From Ptychomitrium polyphyllum (lineage: Eukaryota): a stretch of 64,000 nucleotides of DNA. The notes beneath the pieces are model-generated. The model did not search any database. It had not been told where the DNA came from and saw only the letters and a program-made list of their open reading frames with translations. This document shows positions 56,391-64,000 of the stretch, in pieces. How positions within the stretch are numbered: the stretch's first letter is position 1; each line of letters opens with the position of its first letter. The stretch is from NCBI GenBank assembly GCA_973851085.1, contig OZ316776.1:11594001-11658000 (forward strand). Direction: 5' to 3'. Position numbers and translations under genes: made by a program.

Positions 56391-58374
56391 TATTGTTTCA
56401 CTAATGAATTGCTCTACAATTGTAGAGATCATGAATATAATGAAGCATTTTGTTGAATTTCTAAAGAGTTTTTAATATGCTGATTTATATTTCAAAAAAA
56501 TTTAAATCAAGTGAAAAATCCTCTTCCATGGATTGATTAGGAACGTTCTTGGAATGGTGATCCAAGAGCTAATCCATAAGAGAAAAATAAATTCATCTTG
56601 ACTATTTAATGTCTTCTCATTTATTCCTTATAACTTATATCTTATCTAAATTATTCATATATTGCAGTGAATATTTTTACTTGTCTTGTCTCCTATTAGA
56701 TCAAAGCATATACTTTGAAGCTATAGTATTCTTGTAAGATGGCATATCAAGGATACTTTTATATAATTATAGCCCCAACAAGAATAATAGCATATTTCCA
56801 TGAAAAGCATGTAATTTACTTCTTAAAAAGATTGAAGGTCAAGTTACAACTCAAGTTTGCTGCTTTCAACAATTTTGTATACATATGAATTTCAAATGAA
56901 AAATTTGTACAAGGTCCAAGTTTTAAAAAGACGTCTTAATTAGATGTAAAACCAAACTTTAAAGTTAAACATGAATTACATACATTTATTGAAGTAAAAA
57001 GTAGCAAAGATTCAAAACCAAGACTAAATGCACCTTTAATCAAAATTTATGTCAATCGATATTATTTTAGACATTTGTATGCAAATTAAATTGTTTTCAA
57101 GTCTCCCAAATATTTGTGGTGAAAGAACCTTCTTAGTAGTACATCCCATGTCATATAAGGAGGTTGTTTGCTACATGCACAACCAATTAATATAAAAATT
57201 GGACAATACTCTATATGAGTGATTTCTTGTCTTGCAAGCTTCATTCTTGTGCATTTGAAAATCCTTTCAGGTTTCTGTGTGTAGTACAAACTGTCGAGAT
57301 GGCATCAGTCTGCCTGCGCCAGAATGCTAGGCCTCAAGATTTTGTGGTAAACCACATCTAAGATTAGATACTACACCTCATACCAACCGTGTTAGCACAG
57401 AACTCGGGAAGTGCACAAAGAGGACCAATTGCACAAAGCTTCCACCTTTCCACGTTGAACAAGTTCATATTCTCTCCCTAGTACTCGCTGCAAAGACATG
57501 ATTTCTGAGCATCTGGAAGGCTGGAACCATCGTCAAAGTCATTGTCAATATTCTCAAGCGATACCGATGATGCTCAGCGTGGACTTTTGTGCCGCCAGCT
57601 ACAGCAGTTCTTCTCACATAAACAGTACTCCCAACCCCTGGATTTGCCTACCAACGCTCTAATCGTTATATTGGCTAATTTCACAATGTTGTTTGAAAGC
57701 AATGTCAGCAGTCACAACAAAGGGGATTGGCCAGTTTTAACAAATATGGCGTTTACCGCTGGACACGAATTACCAATTCATGGAAGTTGGTGGTGGAGTC
57801 AGACAGGGAGGCTAGAGTTGTCTCTCCAAATCGAGAACGAGCTGCACGGGGCTCTCCAGCTTGCAGTTCATCTAAAATTGGGAGGTCAGAATCTGATGCT
57901 TACCACCAGCTCCCTTACCGACGATTCACATTGAAATTTGCAACTTGTGTTCTTGGACCTCAGCTTGGAATATGATCAATGTTATCTGCAAGCACAAGTT
58001 AAGGTTAAGTTATAGCTCAGCAGATAAGACACGTTGACTTTGTATATGTCAATGTCTGTCAATCTCACTCTTCTGATGTTCATAGGGCACAAGGCGCAGG
58101 TATTCTACGTAGTACTTTTCAGGACATGATATTTCCTTCGTCTGCATATGATGGTGAGGATCGTTGCCTCAAAACGATTCAGAGTTTTTCGATACATTGA
58201 CATTGAATTAGTGTGGACATGACTGCCTTACAATTAGATCAACCTCGTGGCTGTACCGCTTATATGAGAGCTAGTTGTGTCTTCCCTCGAGACTGCCTCA
58301 GTATTGCAACCTTGAATACCTAGCCTTTGGGTAATGTACACAGCCTGAGGAGCGGCAAATCGGGTTCATCATCA

Positions 58375-61300
58375 ATGGGAGAAATTTTTATGTCTATGTT
58401 CGGGTCGACTCGAGTCAGAGTAATATTTCTAATATGTGCAAATTTATTCATTGTGCAAATCGCGAAAGCTCAGCCTAGTCTGGCAGGTGAGTGCCACAAG
58501 CAAAATGTTGGTCAGCTTAGAAACTGGCAATGTTGATCTAGGAACCAGTTAGAATGAAGAGCTTCTGTTTTTGGATATGAGGGCCTTTTTCTTTCAATTT
58601 CAGAGCCGTAGATCACCTGACCTGCAAAGTTTTACGAGAACTTCGATTCGTCGCTCTCATTAAAACCGTAGCCATCCCTACAATTACTTGTGAACTTATT
58701 TTATGTGGCATAAACAGGATTTTTGAGCATAGACTGTGGGTCAGACTCAAGCTACGTCGACCCAGTGACAACAATCCAGTGGCAGTCCGACTCAAACTTC
58801 ATCTCCACAGGCTACGACGTCCAAGTGCAAGCCCCCCCATCCAACAACCTCACGAATCTGTTCTCCGAGTTCAAGACCCTGCGCTTCTTCAACGACACCC
58901 GCATGACCAAGTACTGCTACACCCTCCCTGTCACCGACAATAGCACCTACTCCCTCCGAGCCACCTTCTTCTACGGCACCTCCGACGTCGCAGGGCCGGA
59001 CCCTCCCAGTTTCCAGTTGGCCTTGGATGATACCATTGTGGCCAACATCAGCACCTCCAGGAGTAATGCGTACTACTTCGAGTATATTTATCTCTCTCGA
59101 GGCAACGTCACCTTCTTGTGCTTGCTGAGGGATGAAACGCAAGCTGTTCCATTTATTTCTGCCATTTCACTTCGGCCTGCTGTCATGCACGAGAGATTTG
59201 ATGGCTATTTGGCTGATAACAAGTACATTCAAACCAACAGAAGACTCAATTTTGGTGGTACAGTTCGAGTCAGGTAAGTAATCGTTTTCTGTGCTGAATC
59301 AGTGATTTTTGGTTTGAGTTTGGACCGGATTCTGTTCTTCACAGTTCGCTAACTGCACTATTACTCGTAAGAATGGTCACCGTTATGTAGTTGTGCCAAG
59401 ACCACATCCTGTGGATGTGTGATTTGGCACTACTTATATTCAAGGCGATATTTTTTGAGGTTGGGGTTGTGACATCTTTATCACATGTGCAGAATCACTG
59501 TCATCAGCTTCACTTATACATGATTCCTTTCCTCACTCCTTCATTCGAATTTAGTTTAATTGGAATTAAAAGTCCGGCATTCCAATCGTGCCACCTCATT
59601 GGGATGTGTTCTGGAACCACTGTAGATTGTAATGGTGCATGTGAGTTCTTGTTGATCAAAATTACCCTTCTGCTTTATTAGGGTGATGAACTGTATCTTT
59701 GAAATTGATGATTACAATTTCTGATCAAAAACTCTGTGTTTGTGATCGTTTAAGGTTCCCCAATGATGTTCACGACCGATACTGGACTCCAGTAGGAACG
59801 AATTCTTCCTTTTTGCTCAACAACACCACACCGGTGCGGATGCTCTCTACAACGCATAACATTGATTTAACTGATTACGGCACGCTGGTTCCAGAAGCGG
59901 TGCTTCAAACAGCAGTCACCACGCAAGGGAACTTAACCATTCAAGGCCTGACATTCGATTCCGCCCCCGTGCACTTGATTCTCCATTTCGCGGAGCTGGA
60001 CAATCACACGTCAGGTATTTCACGAAAATTCATGGTGCACGTACCCTCCGCAACGAAAGAGGCGTATGTTAACCCTTTCAATTATTCACTTCAAGCATAC
60101 AAGCCAATGTTTTGGTATTTCGGGAGGATGTCGTTCACCAGCAGTGATGATGAGCTCGTCTTCTATCCGAAACCCAGGTCAAGGCTGGGTCCTCTGCTGA
60201 ATGCCTTGGAGCTCTACTCCTTCGTTGACGTTACATCCTACACAACATCATCACAAGAAGGTGAGTTCATCCAAATGATGTGCAATTCTAAGATTATCCT
60301 AAACCTGAAGAATCAATTCCCTCAAACCCAACGTCTATAGGCACGGTTGGGCTTTTGGACTTTTTGGTCTTCAGGAAATGATTGCTGGAAGAAGTTTTTA
60401 CGGACAGCTTGTGATGTTATTTGGAGGGTACAGCAACAGCAATTGAGGCTATCAAGAAGAGCATGAACCTCACAGAATGGGCAGGAGATCCGTGCCTTCC
60501 AGTCCCACATTCATGGCTCAGTTGCACTGTACCTGGTGCAACGCTGCAGAAAAGAGTGGATCAATTGTAAGTGCACATAGAGCGCAACTCAATTGAACTA
60601 CTTTATAGTGGTTAGCATAATCTACACATTTGTCCATCATGAGCTGTGAATTTAGTTCAGTTCGTTGAAAGGGTTGGTAAGCCACGGTATGATATTGTTG
60701 TGCAGGAGTTTGACAGGGTACCATCTGCAAGGAACCATTCCAGCCTCCACCTTTGCTCTTCTGGATGTCACCAGCTTGTAAGTTGCACCATTGCTCCCTT
60801 GGTGATGATGTGAGAAGGGGCTATCAATGTTTTCACTAGTTTCCAGAAATTTTGTACAATGAAGATGATGGTGTCTTTCTTTCCAGGTCACTTGACAACA
60901 ATGCATTAACGGGGACATTTCCTAACTTGAGCTCAATGACGACGTTGAATCAACTGTAAGTGTTCTTTGCACTGGGGCTAAGATTCGTTACCTCAGAATG
61001 CAGTGCAAGTGTTCCCTCCTGAATCCCTAAAAAAGTGCTTCGAGGGTCTAAAGATGTGATGCGAAGTCAGTGATAATTTATGTGTTTGTGTGCGCAGGCA
61101 CTTGCATAACAATCTATTAAGTGGACCACTTCCAGACTGGTTAGCAACCATGAGAGACTTGCAAGAGTTGTGAGTTATCTTCACCCATTATTCCGTTCTA
61201 CTGCCTTCATCCTAGAATAAGGGCATGTTCCCAGGACTACTTACCTAACTTGTAAATTTTGAGGGCCACTGTCACCGTTGTGTTCTCTAACGTGAAGCCC

Positions 61301-61743
61301 AAACCTCCTGGCTAATTAAATTAGCAGGCTTTAGGTCAACAGCTTGACTTTGATCACAACTTTCACAAACTGAAACTGTTGCATATTCAAACAGGTCTAT
61401 TCAGAATAACAACTTCAGCGGCGTCATTCCCGCACAGCTCCTTACAAGAAACTCGATGAATTTCACGTACTCGACTCAACCTCTCAAATTTTCAACTATT
61501 GTTCATGATTCCAATGTATCATAGAGCTTGTAAATTCTTGTTTAAAATTTTCATTGCATTTTTATCTGAAAGAATATTATTTGCGTCTTTTGCAGATACC
61601 GACCGGGAAACCCGTTATTGATTGAACAGAGTTCCACTCCGAATACCACTGTGGGTAGCACAGGCGCAAAACCTGTTGTACACGCTGCTGCGTACATACT
61701 CGTCACTGTCATAGTTTTGGAAACTTTGTACATGTTAAAGTAA
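58375..61743 (+). CDS. Malectin-like domain + GDPC + LRR receptor-like protein without kinase domain, 9 exons
   Basis: Signal peptide, then GFLSIDCGS, TLRFF, YCYTLPV, LRATFFYG, PFISAISLR, RLNFGG, RFPNDVHDRYW, LHFAEL, PLLNALELY, WAGDPCLPVPHSWLSC, four ~72-nt LRR exons and YRPGNPLL. Ends in a Ser/Thr spacer and hydrophobic tail; TAA at 61741-61743. Confidence 0.9.
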
Positions 61744-62124
61744 CAAAGAAAGGCACGTTATACCTAAATTATACCTAAATTATACATTAGTATCAGCAGT
61801 TGTACAAAATGGTACATTATACCTAAATTTCAATTAATAATGCTGCACATATCGCTGGCTGAAATTTACAGTTGCTCATGAGCTCTGACTAAACTATCAG
61901 ACAGAGAGACAGATGCGGTATTCCAAGAAGACTCACCCAACCATCTGAATAATTTGATTCTCTACAGATTCGGATACTCCATCACTTGCCTCAACATCTG
62001 TAAACCATAGCAGATTCGGCCAAATAAGATGCCCCGATGCAGGTCCATCGTGGCGCTGTCGAGATGAAGAGCTCTATCGGACAAAAAAAATACTTTTGAC
62101 ATCCAATTTGGCTTATCTTCAAAC

Positions 62125-64000
62125 CTAGACGTTGAGGGGGTCTTTGTAACAGGCAGTTGGATTGACTCCATCATAAAAATCAAACCCATAGTTATCAGTG
62201 TGCCTGATAACATCGTTGCTCAATCCCGTGCAATAGAGGCCTGTAATACAAGACAACAACGAAAGAGCAGCTTGGTCCTGCCGGTGATTAAATCGATCGG
62301 AGCCCTCCGGGGCTATACATTGCCTTGTAATGGAGCACTCGTACCATGGACGAAACAACTTCGTATAGCTGTCGAGAGTGAAGCCAACTCGAGAAGCATC
62401 ACAGTTGCGCTGGTGTTTGATGTACCTGTAATCAGCTTGGAAGTATTTCAGCTGCCCTGCATGAGTCCATTGCTCGATTGTTCCTTCAGATTTGTGTCCA
62501 CCAAATCCTGTCTCCTTTATCCAGTCTAAGCTTCTGACTAGAGAAACAGGTGTCATAATGCGGCAACCAGCATCGAGCCAGAGGATGAAGCCCCGCTCAC
62601 GTAAGACAATGTGAGCCATTATTGCTTTCCATGCATACTCTCCTGCATTCACCAAAAACGATCAATTAAATTAGATCACAAACCTTTCAAGTAGTAATTT
62701 GTGAAAACCTTCAACCTTAAACAGAGGATTTAAAGATTCAAGATGGGGGAGTTCAGCACCTTTGCCACCATCGTGAATGGCGATGAGGTCTATATTCAAC
62801 CGCATCCAAAACGGGTACTCTTCGAACGGAAACCTGCGAGTCTCGGCCTTCACGCCCAGTGCTTCCAATTCCTGAATCACGCAGTTCAAATACTTCTCCT
62901 GTTCTGGGCTAAACTCATACATGGTCCAGGCCACAACGGAGACATTATATCTCTCTCTAACTCTAAAGCTGGACGCCTGCCTCCCTATTGACCTCAAAAG
63001 AAGGAGCCCATACTTGAAGTGATTGCTACTGAAGGCTGTCACTATAGTTGGTCTCCACTCAAGAAGATCGATAGGCTTCTGTGTCAAATCTGGAGTATCT
63101 AAGTAAACTACGTCACGCTCCTTGTAGTACATTTCTCTCGTCCATGCAGGACAAGCTTGCTCGACGTACTTCGTGCTATGCCCGACCACAAGCGTCCTAC
63201 AATCTACCTAAAACATGAGAAGATATAAATTAGCTATAAACGTACATTAAAACATGAATGTTGTGCAAATCAGAAGTATATGTTCAAACTGACCAAAATG
63301 TAGAAGGTGACATGAAATACATATTCTAGAAAGAGATGTAGACTGCCTCTAACAATATATATAGTAATATAGCAATACATAATTATATAGTATTACCGTG
63401 CAACATACAATGAGTCTGCAATCCCAACTCAACGTTAGGTCACGAAACAGAGTTGATCGTAAACATGATGAACTCTAGACTGATGAAAATGAAACCTGCC
63501 AGATCGAGTGATTTTAGTGCTGTGAGCTTACCTCTGATAGGTACAAAGATGATACAAACAACAATTACAGAATAACAGAAGACCAGGTGTAAGAACTAAC
63601 AAACCCGTTGCTCAGAATCCGGCAAGTTGAGGAAACTCTCGCACTTCACATCCGGGCCAAGAGCGTCGCGCGCTAATTTACAGACGATGGAGGTGTAATC
63701 GGTCCTCACCAACACATTTTGCAAGTTAGGTTCCATTACTCCGACTTCCCCTGGCACTTTGGCCACACTTAAGACGCGCTGGAAGATCCGGCGCAGCGTC
63801 CAGTACGGCAGGCGATTGAACGAGGGGACGCCACTGTCATCGCCAATGACGAGCACCACGCATATTTTGTAAGGATAGGTGGTGTTGAGTCCGAAGCGAT
63901 GTATTCTCTCGGGTGGCAGAGCTGCAACCGAATTCGAGCAACCAGAAATTGAGTAGCTATACTGCCAGTAGTAGAAGGTCGCCCCCAGGGAGATCAATGT
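62125..64000 (-). CDS. DUF1647-like, glycosyltransferase-like membrane-anchored protein, 5'-partial; exons >64000-63605, 63207-62760, 62642-62125
   Basis: Frame is open to the window edge with a hydrophobic segment. Motifs IVTAFSSNHF, GEYAWK, LWLDAGCR, WYECSITRQCIAPEGSDRFNHRQDQAALSLL. GT-AG junctions are phase-consistent. Confidence 0.72.

Noticed and set aside
57542..57975. 130- and 82-aa ORFs upstream of the malectin gene
   Set aside because: Non-ATG starts and no recognisable motifs.

Overview
This is eukaryotic, intron-rich land-plant DNA, most likely a moss (inferred from gene content and a miR898-like hairpin). AT-rich intergenic tracts alternate with compact genes. The first third is dominated by an apparently perfect ~8.1-kb inverted duplication (arms 1129-9213 and 12498-20790, 3.3-kb spacer). 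It places two identical, very GC-rich 3-exon S-adenosylhomocysteine hydrolase (SAHH) genes head-to-head. The right arm contains a 100-N scaffold gap flanked by a 108-bp overlap, so assembly effects must be excluded. The rest of the window holds, in order: a secreted cyclase/kynurenine-formamidase-family gene, a TyrP/HAAAP-type aromatic amino-acid permease, an ObgC2-like GTPase, a tRNA-Asp(GUC)/tRNA-Gly(GCC) pair separated by only 4 nt with one shared terminator, a MIR898-like pre-miRNA, an ACT-domain STY/Raf-like kinase, cyclophilin CYP18-1/PPIL3 divergent from HISN7/IMPL2, a DUF1664 gene, a kinase-less malectin-like/LRR receptor protein, and a 5'-truncated DUF1647-like gene. All exon models were built by eye from GT-AG sites and motif continuity. 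Family assignments come from recognised motifs and memory; no database searches were run.
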